A DNA stretch of 64,000 nt from Trichormus sp. ATA11-4-KO1 (GCA_019358915.1 JAHHIM010000001.1:232386-296385); one strand, 5' to 3'. Positions 30,185 through 41,604 are shown, counted from the first letter of the stretch. Translations and numbers: made by a program. The notes: a model not told the origin generated them from the sequence alone.

Positions 30185-33100
30185 TTAAAAATCCTTCACA
30201 AATTCTGTCAAGAACCTAAACGCCTTAAGAATATAACTCACGCAATCTTGAGGAGAGGTATTGTAAAATGATCGCCAAGCATTAGCCTTATCCTCATCAT
30301 AGCGATCGCCTCGTTCGGGATGTTGTTCTAACCATGCCAAGCGGACTGCATGGCCAATTAACACATCCAAAACTATATATTCTTCAATTTGTAAGCTGGG
30401 GTTATTCGCTGCAATGGTGGCTAATTCCATTAATGCTTCAATATTTACTTTGCGGTACTCTGGTGCTTGAATTTTATTGAGTAGATGCTCTACTCGCAAG
30501 GCAAAATTCTTTTCGCCTGGGGTCATCTCTGATAAAATCAATTCGCTATCTAAGCGATTGCGGCGCTCTAGTTTATCGCCAATGACTATACCCTTGCAAT
30601 GTTTCATTAATAGCCAAACTTGCTGGAAAAAGTCCTTGGGTACTCGGTTTAACGCTCCTTCTGCTTGGCGAAATCTTCGCCAGCCACCTTGGGGAACTAT
30701 GGTTTGTTCTACTTCATTGGTTGGTAGCACTACCCAAGCAATGTCGCTTTCTTTTTGTTTGACGTGTAATGATTCCTGCTGGCGTAACAAATTACTCACG
30801 CCTGTGTAACCTGTTAATACCTGATGCAAGCGCATTTTCACTTCAAAAGGTGAAAGTTCCATTAGGTGTTCATATGCTTCATCTTGAGTAACATGCAACT
30901 CTTGTGCTAGTTCACTGGTAATTAATAAGATGAGATAGCCGACTCTCAGTGTTAGTAGTCCTTGAAACAGTTCAGGTTCCGATCTGATTAAGACACCAAG
31001 ATAAATGATAATTTCTTGTGTGAGGACGCGATCGCGGATATCTTCACGGCAAAAATGATTAATTTTCTCGGCTATTTCATTGTGAGACATGGGTACTGTA
31101 ATCAGTGATGCTTGACTGTAAGCTTTACCTACAGCAATTTGCTTACCCCGCACCAAAATACTCGTCACCGTATCCGACAAGCCAATATCAACCATCTGTC
31201 GCAATCCAGCCGCCCGACGGACTATCGCCCAAAGTCCTAAATCCCCAGCTTTGGTGTAAACTTCATCAACTAAATCACCTGCTGTAACGCGCTGCTGCGG
31301 TCCGCCAAAACCTGTATCAAATCCTATTCCCTGCAAACGAATCAAAGTTTGCAACAACTCAATTTGTTCATAGAGATTTTCTGACGAACGCAAAGAAGAC
31401 AACAATAAACCCAAGTTAGTTTCGTATTCCATCTGAAATTCTTGGGTATGTCCTAAGCGCCAGCTTTCTCCAGGATGATAAGCCAGATAATAGCAACGGG
31501 GCCCAGCATTTTTGACTGGTGATTGGGAGAAGTCCGCATTTTGGAGAAAATCAATCCTTTGCATCCCGGCTGTCAGCATCAGCTGGTTTAGCCGTCCCAA
31601 TTTCACTTGCACGCCGTTACACACACCATCTTTTAGTTCTTGCATTAGTTCTAGTAACGCTTCCGAACCGATTTCCCACATGGTGTGTGTCAACATTAAA
31701 GTTAGGGTAGGACGCCCTAAATCGCTCCAATACTTTTGAATGTAAGCGAGTTCACTTCTAATTTGATCTAGTAAAAAGTGGTAATCGAGGGTTAAATAAA
31801 ATTGCTGGGAGTCTAAAAACGACGGTAAAAAGACAATTGTCTCGTTGTGAATGCGAAAGATTCTTGATGTGGTTAAACTTCGCAATCGCCGTATGGGACG
31901 ACCAGTTAAACCCAGTTTATCATTACGCCCAACTTGAGTATAAATAGCTGAAAGTTCCCCAGCTTTTCTGACTTGAATTGGTTCTACTTGCTTGGGTGTT
32001 TGGGTTTCAATCCCGTGAACTTCTAGTTTTATTTGTAAGTCTTCATCCTCGGCTAGCAAGGCAATTTGTACCAAAGCTTCGCGTTTTTTACCTACACACA
32101 AATGTCTACCCAAGGGATCAATATCGCCAATTGCTAGTAATCCTTCACTTAACATTTGACCGAGAAAATACAAACTTTGCGCCCACACTAGGGGAATATT
32201 TTCATTAGGTAACCGCAGTTGACTTTGGGGGTTTAATCTTTCGGCTTCTACGTTTTCGGCTGGCACATAATATAGTTCTGGTAATAAACCTACACCATCT
32301 TGCTCCACAAGTAGCGATCGCAAACGTTCTTGATAATCTTTAACTTGTTGGCTGTCACCGCGAAACAACCCATCTAGAAATAAATAAGTAAAAAATAAAG
32401 GCCATTCGCATTCAATATGCTCGAATTGCTTGAGTTCCCAAGGTTCGTAGTGTAAGCGTTGGCTATCTTCTAAAACGGTTTGGTGTCCATCGCGCAAGAA
32501 GCGTTTGCAGCCGTATTTACCTTGGAGTTTATTGATAATATCGTTGAAGGTGCGATCGCGCAGTTGTGTATCTTCCACTGCAAAGGCAGGATAACTAATA
32601 ATACTTAATAGTGCCGCATCAATTTCTTTAGAGCCAGATTCTCTCGGTAATAAAGATTCTAATGTAGTCCGAGCGCGAGCGATTTCATCTGGTAGGACAT
32701 GAATCACTGATGCTTGACTACCACGCACACCAAACAAATCTAGTCCGTTAATTGCTTCTAAGGCGGCTTTGGCCATACCCACAGAACTAGCATTCAACTC
32801 CGCACTACCATGATTAATTTTATTACCCCGTTCCCAAATGCCAAAATCTGGTGTGCGGTAAGCTCTGCCAATGTAATAAACTAAATTTTGGACGAAATTT
32901 ACTTCATCAATCGTATAAATAATTTGCAATCCCGAAGCGGTCATTTGTGCCAGCATTAGTAAAAATATAGATGTGGCATCAAGTTGTAAATGTCCCCATT
33001 CGTCATCACCAACCACGATATCAGCAGTAGCGGTGTTGTATTTGGCGTGTAACCCATTCAGTGGTGACTGAGTATGTTTAAATTGCTCCACTTTATGAGA

Positions 33101-33394
33101 CTGGCGTAACATCGCAAATAACAACCCTCGCATCAGCTTGGTGACACTGTGTTCTAATTCGTAGGTGCGTCCTTTGTCTTCATCAACCTTGCGGTATGCC
33201 AGTGCTAAACCCCAAACTCCCAAAATGCTGTAAACGTTATCTCGTACCCAAGCATCTGTATAATCACCGTGGGCAGTTATGGCCGTACTCGCAGGAAGTA
33301 AACCAGTAATCGGATTCTGACGCGCTAGGATGATCGTCTTGATTTGCTGGTAGTAATCATCCAGTCGAGTTTGCAGTTCGGTGACTGTTTTCAT
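30185..33394 (-). CDS. Glycoside hydrolase family 15 / phosphorylase kinase alpha-beta-like protein
   Basis: TGLLPAST, AWVRDNVY, WGHLQLDA, DFGIWERG, LLPRESGSKE, ECEWPLFF. Confidence 0.9.
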   Translation of the reverse strand: MKTVTELQTRLDDYYQQIKTIILARQNPITGLLPASTAITAHGDYTDAWVRDNVYSILGVWGLALAYRKVDEDKGRTYELEHSVTKLMRGLLFAMLRQSHKVEQFKHTQSPLNGLHAKYNTATADIVVGDDEWGHLQLDATSIFLLMLAQMTASGLQIIYTIDEVNFVQNLVYYIGRAYRTPDFGIWERGNKINHGSAELNASSVGMAKAALEAINGLDLFGVRGSQASVIHVLPDEIARARTTLESLLPRESGSKEIDAALLSIISYPAFAVEDTQLRDRTFNDIINKLQGKYGCKRFLRDGHQTVLEDSQRLHYEPWELKQFEHIECEWPLFFTYLFLDGLFRGDSQQVKDYQERLRSLLVEQDGVGLLPELYYVPAENVEAERLNPQSQLRLPNENIPLVWAQSLYFLGQMLSEGLLAIGDIDPLGRHLCVGKKREALVQIALLAEDEDLQIKLEVHGIETQTPKQVEPIQVRKAGELSAIYTQVGRNDKLGLTGRPIRRLRSLTTSRIFRIHNETIVFLPSFLDSQQFYLTLDYHFLLDQIRSELAYIQKYWSDLGRPTLTLMLTHTMWEIGSEALLELMQELKDGVCNGVQVKLGRLNQLMLTAGMQRIDFLQNADFSQSPVKNAGPRCYYLAYHPGESWRLGHTQEFQMEYETNLGLLLSSLRSSENLYEQIELLQTLIRLQGIGFDTGFGGPQQRVTAGDLVDEVYTKAGDLGLWAIVRRAAGLRQMVDIGLSDTVTSILVRGKQIAVGKAYSQASLITVPMSHNEIAEKINHFCREDIRDRVLTQEIIIYLGVLIRSEPELFQGLLTLRVGYLILLITSELAQELHVTQDEAYEHLMELSPFEVKMRLHQVLTGYTGVSNLLRQQESLHVKQKESDIAWVVLPTNEVEQTIVPQGGWRRFRQAEGALNRVPKDFFQQVWLLMKHCKGIVIGDKLERRNRLDSELILSEMTPGEKNFALRVEHLLNKIQAPEYRKVNIEALMELATIAANNPSLQIEEYIVLDVLIGHAVRLAWLEQHPERGDRYDEDKANAWRSFYNTSPQDCVSYILKAFRFLTEFVKDF

Positions 33395-33755
33395 AAGTTT
33401 AAATTATAGGGACGCTGGCAAAATTAGACCCTGTGGGTGTGAAGTGAATTATATAGACTAAGCGAAAACAGGTTATGTAATAGGAAACGAGATTACAGCT
33501 TATAGTGGTGTGAGTATATTATTATCTCGTTTTAGTAGACATTTAGTTCCTGAATTGTTAATGAACTCTAACTAAGAATCGAGATTTTTTCAAATCTTCA
33601 TCACTACGTAAGGTAATTTATACCGATCTTACATAACCTTTGTTAGTTATAAGAAAATGCTTGACAAACCTTCTAAAACATGTTTTTAAAATAATTACAA
33701 TGAAGGTATATAAAGCTTTGAACACAAAATAACTCCGTAAGCAAGAGGTGTTATT

Positions 33756-33890
33756 ATGTCTGTGCGTTACAACGAAAATCATGCCCGGTTAGTCAAAGTT
33801 GTTTATTCCCAAGTTAAAGTTAATGGCAAAACTGAATTAGTGCCATTAGAACTATATGCTGATGGTTCACTGAGACGCTCTTTAGGTTGA
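33756..33890 (+). CDS. 44-aa small protein (below ORF-track cutoff)
   Basis: MSVRYNENHARLVKVVYSQVKVNGKTELVPLELYADGSLRRSLG; GAGGTG RBS 5 nt before ATG. Confidence 0.7.
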   Translation: MSVRYNENHARLVKVVYSQVKVNGKTELVPLELYADGSLRRSLG

Positions 33891-33910
33891 TGGGGGACTG
33901 GGGACTACTA

Positions 33911-34900
33911 TTAAGTCTCTGGGTATTCATGAGAAACAAACGGTAGTTCTACTATTTCACCCTCAGCTTCTCCTACTTGGACTTTCAAGCCAACACCACC
34001 AACTTTGCTGCGGATGTAACCTAGTCCAAAGTAACCATTGGTGGTTTCAGTATAACTGGTAAGCTTACCGACTTTTTCATCCCCGATCGCGATCGCACTA
34101 CCAACTTGTGCCGGTGCATTGAGGCGGATACCCCAAAGGTATTGTTTTACACCTTTGTATGTATTTAACCGAGCAATGGTTTCTTGACCGATATAGCAGC
34201 CCTTATTAAAAGAAATCGTTTGCCATAAACCAACTTCCAGAGGATTATAATCATCTGTAAGTTCCGCATCTGGAGCGGGTCTTCCCTGTAATATGCGTAA
34301 CGTTTCCCAAGCGCGATCGCTCAATTCAACTGCGCCTAATTCTAAAATTTGGTTCCATACTTTCTCTTTCTCTGAGGCTGGCAGAATGATTGTATATCCG
34401 GGGTCAGCCAAACCACTACCCACAGCGACAATCACTCCACCTGCAATGAAGAGATGATTACCATAGGGTTGACCGATAATTGCCCCAGCACCCAGCTTTT
34501 CTATAATAGTGTCACTTCCTGGTCCCATCAGGCTGAAGGTTGCTGTTTCATTTGTCACATCTGTTAATTGCACCTTATCGGCAAAAAAGATATAGCGATC
34601 TAGCCACTGAATGAGAGACTCACGACGGTTGGGAGAAACCAGCAACAGTATTGCATCATCGAGAATATACGCACTCGCCAAATCAATCGTGCGAGCCGTG
34701 GATGACACCATGACGGTATCACAACCCTTTCCTGGCTTGAGGCTGAGAAAATCGTTAGTACTTTGATTGTGTAAAAAGCGGATACGGTCATCATCAGCAA
34801 CACGGATACGCCCCCAGTGGGAGCGATCGCATATAGCAACTCCTGCTGTCGCGGCTTGGATAGCTGCTGCGTCTTGACTGTCAATTGCAGATGTTGGCAT
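33911..34900 (-). CDS. ygfZ: Folate-binding protein YgfZ/GcvT family
   Basis: KGCYIGQE signature. Confidence 0.93.
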   Translation of the reverse strand: MPTSAIDSQDAAAIQAATAGVAICDRSHWGRIRVADDDRIRFLHNQSTNDFLSLKPGKGCDTVMVSSTARTIDLASAYILDDAILLLVSPNRRESLIQWLDRYIFFADKVQLTDVTNETATFSLMGPGSDTIIEKLGAGAIIGQPYGNHLFIAGGVIVAVGSGLADPGYTIILPASEKEKVWNQILELGAVELSDRAWETLRILQGRPAPDAELTDDYNPLEVGLWQTISFNKGCYIGQETIARLNTYKGVKQYLWGIRLNAPAQVGSAIAIGDEKVGKLTSYTETTNGYFGLGYIRSKVGGVGLKVQVGEAEGEIVELPFVSHEYPET

Positions 34901-34990
34901 AGTGATGAAGAGTAGCTCTGTTTCAATTTTGTTGCCTGGGGAATCTTAGCAAATAAAGCTTTGCAGGTTCAATTACCTAGGGGTAGAAGG

Positions 34991-35163
34991 CAGGGCTGTT
35001 TCATTCGCTTGTGTTGGAGATTTGTCAAGAGGATAATCTCACGCAAAGGCGCAAAGACGCAAAGAAAAATCAGATATTTCGGACTGAAGATGCCAAAATT
35101 TTCGGTCTTAATTGTGGATTTGCCCTTGCAATTTTAACCCTTTTAGGGAACGAATCAGCCCTG
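34991..35163. mobile_element. 173-bp MITE, ISAs1-like ends, 10-bp target-site duplication
   Basis: TIRs CAGGGCTGTTTCATTC / GAACGAATCAGCCCTG; exact DR GGGTAGAAGG at 34981-34990 and 35164-35173. Confidence 0.88.
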
Positions 35164-35428
35164 GGGTAGAAGGGGGAAATTAAAAATGTTGGTCAACACA
35201 TTCCTTTTCAGCCTCTTAACTCTGTGTTCTCTGCGCCTCTGTGGTTAATTAAATTATTTTAAACTTCAGATGCACAGAGAAGGAAACTTGCGCAGGAAGG
35301 GTTTCCCGACTTGAGCAAAGTGTCCGTAACCAGAGAGAAAAAAACAGATTTTACGAGTCGCCTTGAAATAGCTAGTCCTAGATAATTAACTAGTTTTCTG
35401 ATAAAAATCTATCAGTAGTTAGCACAAA

Positions 35429-36658
35429 TTAAGTCAAAATTAAAAATGCTACCTGGAATAAGCCGACAATAAAACCTAAAACACCACCTAAAGTCACAAT
35501 AGCCTGTAATTCATTTTTGACAATTCCCTCAATTGCCGCTTCTAAATCGGCGGGCGATGTTGATTTTACACGGTCAACGATTACTTGGTCTATCGATAAA
35601 ATCGGAATTACCTGGGCGACGATTTTTTCTAAATCTTTTTCTAAATACTTTTCTAAAATCAAAGCTAACTCTTGACTTACTACTTCTAAAGAAGAACTCA
35701 TAACAGGTGAAGCGCTCAGACGATTAAGTAGTAATGTAGAAATATTTTCCCAATTAACAGAATCCGTTAACCCTTGGATTAAATCACCTCCACTAGTTTG
35801 CAGGTAATGACGAACACTTTCACGGGTAGTTTTTCGCAGTTGGCGCACCGTCCCAATTGGCAAGTTTTGTAATGATAAATTTTGCAGTACTTTCTTCAGG
35901 CGATCGCGCATCTGTAAAACTTGCACCAATTCTTCTAAACGCGTATTGGTAGCTTCTTTTTCATCTAAACAAAAAGTTCGCAGCCTTGTGAGAGTATTAC
36001 GTAAACCGAATAAATTTGCAACTACCCAATAAGTACCACTAGTCTTTTCTCTAAAGCTTTCATCAATAGTTTGAATGGTGCGATCAGTTAAAAAATCAAT
36101 AATTGCCTGCCGCAATACATCTGGCGGTAAAACCACCTGCAATAACCAATCAGCCAAGCGGGTAGCTTGTTCTTCGCTTAGTTGTAATTCCAGCAATACC
36201 TGGTCAAAAATTTGATTGATCTGCGCTTCTAAAAAATCTTCTCGCCGTGCCAAAACTTTGAGCAGACGGGGAAATGATTCTCCTAATAAATCACGCAAAA
36301 TTCCCGCCACAATTTTGGCGCTTTTCTCATTTTTATCTACTTTGATTTGTTCAATTGCCAGTTGCAATAACCAAAGAATAGCTGTCTGTACACGTTCTGT
36401 TTGTAGCAAGCGTCGTGCTAGGTTTTGCAATTCTCCAGGTGTGAGCAACGACCCCATAATAGTGTCGGAAATGTTCTTAGCCAGGCGTTCTTGATTGCGC
36501 GGTATCAATCCAGGGGTGAATGGCACTCTTCGTCCACCAATATAAATTGTGCGGTAGGGACGAAACAACATTTTTATGGCTATATCATTCGTGAAATAGC
36601 CAATAATCCCACCCAGCACCGGGGGTAACACATAATACCAAAGTTGAGACGAATCCAA
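35429..36658 (-). CDS. DUF445 family membrane protein
   Basis: [20 protein letters not shown]-terminal [17 protein letters not shown]. Confidence 0.9.
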   Translation of the reverse strand: MDSSQLWYYVLPPVLGGIIGYFTNDIAIKMLFRPYRTIYIGGRRVPFTPGLIPRNQERLAKNISDTIMGSLLTPGELQNLARRLLQTERVQTAILWLLQLAIEQIKVDKNEKSAKIVAGILRDLLGESFPRLLKVLARREDFLEAQINQIFDQVLLELQLSEEQATRLADWLLQVVLPPDVLRQAIIDFLTDRTIQTIDESFREKTSGTYWVVANLFGLRNTLTRLRTFCLDEKEATNTRLEELVQVLQMRDRLKKVLQNLSLQNLPIGTVRQLRKTTRESVRHYLQTSGGDLIQGLTDSVNWENISTLLLNRLSASPVMSSSLEVVSQELALILEKYLEKDLEKIVAQVIPILSIDQVIVDRVKSTSPADLEAAIEGIVKNELQAIVTLGGVLGFIVGLFQVAFLILT

Positions 36659-36740
36659 GGGAGGAAGTAAGAAAGTTAGGAGTGATGAGCGATCAGCAAT
36701 GAATTATGAGCTTAATTTAAAACTCTTAACCTAAGACTAA

Positions 36741-37430
36741 TCACTTACTGACTACCAGCACTCCCATCATACCGTTCGCGATGGGATAGTGTGTGACCAA
36801 TACGAAACCAACTTGACGGGCTAACTCTACTTGCTCTTTTCCTGTAGGGAACCGATCTAAGCTGGGACTGATATAAGCATATTCTTCTTTTAAACCGAGA
36901 TGCTTAGCCATTGGTACGACTATATGATCCAAATACCATTGCTGAAAAGCGCGGATTTGCTGATTGCTGGGACGATGAAAGTCTAAAATGGCTGCTTTCC
37001 CACCAGGCTTGAGGACTCGGTGCAATTCTTGCAGACTGCGGGGAATATCCATCACATTTCTTAAACCATAACCCATTGTAGCGGCAGCAAATTGGTTGTG
37101 AGCGAAGGGCAAATTTAGTACATCTGCTTCTATCCAAGAAATAGGCAGTTGAGGATATTGCCTTTGGGAGCGTTCTTGAGCAGCAGCTAATAAGTTTGGC
37201 GAGAAATCCACACCATAAACATGTCCTGTCATTCCGACATGTCGTGCCAAACGAAAGGCTAAATCACCACTCCCGCAGCATAAATCCAGGCAAGTATCTC
37301 CTGGTTTAGCTGCACTCCATTTGACTGCCATTTCTTTCCATATACCGTGTTGTCCCAGACTCAGCCAATTGTTTAACTGGTCGTAAACTGGAGCAATCCG
37401 GTTAAAAATGGCACGAACGTCTTGATTCAT
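36741..37430 (-). CDS. menG: UbiE/MenG demethylphylloquinol methyltransferase
   Basis: FNRIAPVYD, LDLCCGSGD, YGLRNV, RVLKPGG. Confidence 0.9.
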   Translation of the reverse strand: MNQDVRAIFNRIAPVYDQLNNWLSLGQHGIWKEMAVKWSAAKPGDTCLDLCCGSGDLAFRLARHVGMTGHVYGVDFSPNLLAAAQERSQRQYPQLPISWIEADVLNLPFAHNQFAAATMGYGLRNVMDIPRSLQELHRVLKPGGKAAILDFHRPSNQQIRAFQQWYLDHIVVPMAKHLGLKEEYAYISPSLDRFPTGKEQVELARQVGFVLVTHYPIANGMMGVLVVSK

Positions 37431-37573
37431 GGTGTCAATACTGGTTGTGATAACGATGACTTATCCCCAGAAATTGAAGCTTGTATGACAAGAGTAAACA
37501 TTCAATGTGAAAAGTCCTAGAGATGGGTATCAGTTTAGCAAAAGGTCAGGACGCTTCGCCCAGAGCGAGGCAC

Positions 37574-37617
37574 AAAAAGACCGGCAACGGCGCTTACTGT
37601 GCGCTGTTGTCCGGCTA
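37574..37617 (-). terminator. Rho-independent terminator after response regulator
   Basis: Minus strand CCGGACAACAGCGC-loop-GCGCCGTTGCCGG followed by TCTTTTT. Confidence 0.65.
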
Positions 37618-37638
37618 CCAAAGACACAGAAAGATGAA

Positions 37639-38595
37639 TTAAACTATTGCTGGTGCGCAGCGACTACTAGTCAGAGCGATCGCTACCAGTTCTGCTGATA
37701 AACGAATTAGGTTTAATTCATCTTCGCGCAAAGAGCAAGGTTGTTGCCACTGGAGCGACAACACCCCTAGCAGATGATTCCTGTAGGTTATGGGAATAAC
37801 TAGATGTGCTTGCACACCAGTTTTTTGGTAATGAGTCACATCAGACAGTTTGGCATCTTTGGCTACATTTAATGAAACTTGCATTTGTCCAGTAGCGATC
37901 GCTTCATTTGTCAATGGATCTTGATCTAGCCAGTTTTCTAGAGTACCCACATGACAATAATTGCCTTGAGTTGCCAAGAGTTGATTTCCCTTAACTAGCT
38001 GCAAAATACAGCTATCTGCTGTAAAACTTTCACTAAAAACTGTAGCAATGGGTGTTAGCGTTTCCTCTAAGCTATGCGCTGCTTGTGTTACCTGCACTAA
38101 AACAGTCAGCAGCGCCATTTGGGCATTAGCGCGGCGCAATTCTTCTGTGCGTTGCTTGAGCAAGTCGTAAGTTTCTGCGGCCCTTTGCACTACAGCTTTG
38201 AGTTCCCCTGGGTCCCAAGGCTTGGTAATATATTTATAGACCTGTCCAGCATTAATTGCTTCCACCAAGTCTTCAATATCAGTAAACCCGGTGAGGATTA
38301 TCCTCACAGTATCGGGAAACTGAGGTACAGTCTTGCTGAGAAACTCAGTTCCTTTCATTTCTGGCATTCGCTGATCGGAGATGATCACCGCTACCTCACC
38401 TTCTGCTGCCAATACTTCTAGGGCATTGACACCACTATCGGCTTTTAAGACATGAAAGTCCCGCCGAAAAGTGCGATAAAGCAAATCGAGATTATCTGGC
38501 TCGTCGTCAACTACCAGGATTTTCAGTTTTTTCGGTCGTTCCAAAGTTGACAATTGACGTTGATTTGTAAGAGTTTCAGCAATGGGATGATCCAT
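37639..38595 (-). CDS. Response regulator (receiver + GAF)
   Basis: ILVVDDE, ISDQRMP, YITKPW; C-terminal GAF pattern LVIPITYRNHLLGVLSL. Confidence 0.9.
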   Translation of the reverse strand: MDHPIAETLTNQRQLSTLERPKKLKILVVDDEPDNLDLLYRTFRRDFHVLKADSGVNALEVLAAEGEVAVIISDQRMPEMKGTEFLSKTVPQFPDTVRIILTGFTDIEDLVEAINAGQVYKYITKPWDPGELKAVVQRAAETYDLLKQRTEELRRANAQMALLTVLVQVTQAAHSLEETLTPIATVFSESFTADSCILQLVKGNQLLATQGNYCHVGTLENWLDQDPLTNEAIATGQMQVSLNVAKDAKLSDVTHYQKTGVQAHLVIPITYRNHLLGVLSLQWQQPCSLREDELNLIRLSAELVAIALTSSRCAPAIV

Positions 38596-38786
38596 GAGAT
38601 AATTCCTATAAATATTCATCATTGTGTTATATTCCATACCTAGATTAGTTGAGAATAGCGATTAATCCTTGCGTAAATTTACGAATGTAGTGGGTGAGTA
38701 GGGCGTGGGGATTATATTTAACTGATAAAGATTACAATAAGATTTGCTGACGAGGAATCTCAAGTTGAAGCGCCCACTCCAGAATT

Positions 38787-39872
38787 ATGACTAACTTACC
38801 TCCCAACGCTCAAAATCCTGAAAATGCTGCTAACGATGTAGTACAAGAGTTAATCCGAAAGTTGCGGCAAAAGCAAGGTAACTGGGTGGAATGGGGAATG
38901 GCGATCGCCTCCCTGCAAAAAGCTGGTTACAATCCCCAGGAAATTTTTGAGGAAACTGGATTTGAACCAATTCAACAAAATCAGGTAATTGTTGGCTCCC
39001 AAGTTTATAATTCTTTAGAAAAAGGTGGAGCATCAGCAGCAGCGCGATCGCACTTCTCTACCAGGGGTAGTGATGTTTTGTATGAACTACGTTTACTTAC
39101 CCAAGAAGAACGCGCGGCGGCGGCTGAACTGACTTTTGTTCACAAACTTGACGTTGATGAAGCACGCGAAGTAGCAAAAGCCATTAAAGATTTTTCCCGC
39201 TTGCGCACTTTACCAGCAGGTTTTTCTGCCCATCCAGGAGATGCAGTGGCTTATCAAGCATGGAAACTGGCACGTCAATATACAGATTTGCAAGAGCGAT
39301 CGCGCCTGATTGCTAAAGGTTTGCGTTTTGCCCACACAGCCACAGCCAGAAAACAAATCGAACAGTTATTAGTTGATTTTACAGTTGTTTCCCAGCGTCC
39401 AGCCCCGATTTTACCTTTTTATCGATTTGAGTCTGATGAAGAATCACCTCGGATTTTGCCAGTTGTCGGTGAGTTGCCATTAACACCTAAAGACTTGCAA
39501 AGTGTGCCCCTAGTAGAGGAAATTCAACCATTTCGCTTAGTTAAGTTTGCTGGGGAGCAAGCTTGGGTACCTTTACCAGGTTGGCAAGTGTTACTAAATA
39601 CTGAAGATCCAGTAGTAGTTTTGTGCAATAGCGATCGCCTCCCCAACCAAACACAAAGTCCACCTAAACCATTACTAGTAGTTATAGATCGTGCCCAACG
39701 CCAATGGGATGACTCTAGCTATTTTGTTGTTGACAACGACGGTGAATTGGATTTTCAGTGGTTTGAAACTGAACCAGAACTTCCTCTGTTGGGGAAAATT
39801 GTTGTAATCGTGCGTCCTAAGAAAATCTTCGATGAAGAAATAACCAAGGATGCTTGGCAAATTGACGAATAA
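38787..39872 (+). CDS. raf1: RuBisCO accumulation factor 1
   Basis: IFEETGFEPIQQNQVIVGSQVY, WVPLPGW, C-terminal WQIDE. Confidence 0.93.
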   Translation: MTNLPPNAQNPENAANDVVQELIRKLRQKQGNWVEWGMAIASLQKAGYNPQEIFEETGFEPIQQNQVIVGSQVYNSLEKGGASAAARSHFSTRGSDVLYELRLLTQEERAAAAELTFVHKLDVDEAREVAKAIKDFSRLRTLPAGFSAHPGDAVAYQAWKLARQYTDLQERSRLIAKGLRFAHTATARKQIEQLLVDFTVVSQRPAPILPFYRFESDEESPRILPVVGELPLTPKDLQSVPLVEEIQPFRLVKFAGEQAWVPLPGWQVLLNTEDPVVVLCNSDRLPNQTQSPPKPLLVVIDRAQRQWDDSSYFVVDNDGELDFQWFETEPELPLLGKIVVIVRPKKIFDEEITKDAWQIDE

Positions 39873-39875
39873 TCA

Positions 39876-41552
39876 TCAAAAATCATTGCCGAGTTGAAGA
39901 TTACTGCACCGATAAAGCTGATAGGGAATGCCTATGCGATAGTGCTGTGTGGGATCTATGGTGCAGGTATTTTGTTCAGAAAGTGTTACTTGCTGTGGAT
40001 AGTCTCGTCTTCTCATTCCCGGGCCAACTATCCATAAATTCATCTGAGATGCTTTTGGTACAGTCACCTGAGAAAGCGTATTCCATAAAATAGATAAATC
40101 AGGTTTTTTATCTAAAAAAGCAACACTATCAAAGTTAATCATAGAGGCGCTGGTATAACTCCTAAGTTGTTCTAAAGCTAAAGAAAAACTCAAGCCCAAT
40201 GCTACATCCTGATAATTGCTATATGCCACCACTAATATCACTGGTACATTAGGTTCTAAGTTCATGTTTTGGGCAACTTGCTCAGGCTGAAATGGCTTTT
40301 GAAAAGCTAAATTAGTAACTACAAAAATACAACTAATAACACCAATAATTAAAAGGATAAATTTGGAGTTTTTGCTTTTGCTGATACTAGCTGCAAGGAG
40401 AGTACAAAATCCAGGATAGTAAACAAAGTTGTAGCGGGGAATAACTGTAATATCTTTACCTAGTAAATAAACGATGGCAAAAAATTCTAAGAGGACAAAA
40501 ATAAGAAAACTTAAAAGTGTAAATGTTGCTAAATGAGTAGTCTTTTGTGAATACAATAAGCTTAAATTTATCAAGGCTTGCTGCCCCACCCAAATAGCAA
40601 AGACTATCATGAAAAAACCACAAATAGCTGTGATTAATAGAGGCTGACTTTCTACAGGTAGAGTAATTACCATTAACACCCAGCTAATCAGAATTTGATA
40701 TAGAGGGGCAATAAAATTGGTAGAAGATAACCAATTGGTTTCAGAACTTTGAAAATGATTCCACATCACTAGCAGCCAAGGAACAAAGCTAATTACAACT
40801 CCACTAGTTGAGAGAATAATAGCAATCCAAATTTGGTGTGTGGGAATCTTTGTCCTACCCCAATACATCAACACCAGTAATGTGTTAATTTCCGCAATGA
40901 AAGCCAGAACAAAAAAGTAGTGAACGTAAAAGCCGATACTATTAATAATTGCCCATAATATCCAAACCCAAATTCTTATGCGTTGTCCTGCAAAAATATC
41001 TTGCTGAATTTGCATGAGTCCCAATAATGCTAAAGTTATCAGGAACATGGGCATAGTATAGTGTCGTGCTTCTTGGGAAAGGTAAACAGCAAAGGGCGAA
41101 ACAGCCATAACAAATGCTGCTACAATTCCAGATGCAGGAGAAAAGGCAATTCTATTAACACCATAAATTGCCGCGATCGCACCTATACCAAATAAAGCTG
41201 GTAGCGATCGCAATTTTTCTACCCACTCTGAACCTAAAGGAGTCATCCACCCTAACCAACTATACATACTGCAAAAAAATAGTGGGGGATGAGTAGACCC
41301 AGTAGCAAGATTTTTGGCAATTTGCTGACAACTCACCCCAGATTGGTATGTAAAAATCTCCTGTACGCTATTCAGAGGAATTACCACATCTAAGGGCAAA
41401 TCATGGTAATTTTTACCTAAACTAAAAATGGCAGTAATTGCCTCATCCATCCACAGAGGTTTTAAATCTAAATTCCCAAAGCGCAAAATAGTACCAAGTG
41501 CGATCGCTCCAGCTAAACTTAGATAATGTAGATAAAGTCTGCGATTTGTCAT
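39876..41552 (-). CDS. GT39/GT83 (PMT_2-like) membrane glycosyltransferase
   Basis: LWMDEA, THPPLFF, SQEARHY; multiple TMs. Confidence 0.85.
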   Translation of the reverse strand: MTNRRLYLHYLSLAGAIALGTILRFGNLDLKPLWMDEAITAIFSLGKNYHDLPLDVVIPLNSVQEIFTYQSGVSCQQIAKNLATGSTHPPLFFCSMYSWLGWMTPLGSEWVEKLRSLPALFGIGAIAAIYGVNRIAFSPASGIVAAFVMAVSPFAVYLSQEARHYTMPMFLITLALLGLMQIQQDIFAGQRIRIWVWILWAIINSIGFYVHYFFVLAFIAEINTLLVLMYWGRTKIPTHQIWIAIILSTSGVVISFVPWLLVMWNHFQSSETNWLSSTNFIAPLYQILISWVLMVITLPVESQPLLITAICGFFMIVFAIWVGQQALINLSLLYSQKTTHLATFTLLSFLIFVLLEFFAIVYLLGKDITVIPRYNFVYYPGFCTLLAASISKSKNSKFILLIIGVISCIFVVTNLAFQKPFQPEQVAQNMNLEPNVPVILVVAYSNYQDVALGLSFSLALEQLRSYTSASMINFDSVAFLDKKPDLSILWNTLSQVTVPKASQMNLWIVGPGMRRRDYPQQVTLSEQNTCTIDPTQHYRIGIPYQLYRCSNLQLGNDF

Positions 41553-41604
41553 TAGTTAGCTATTAGCAATCCTTTTATTTGTAACTATAGTTATACAAAA
41601 TACA

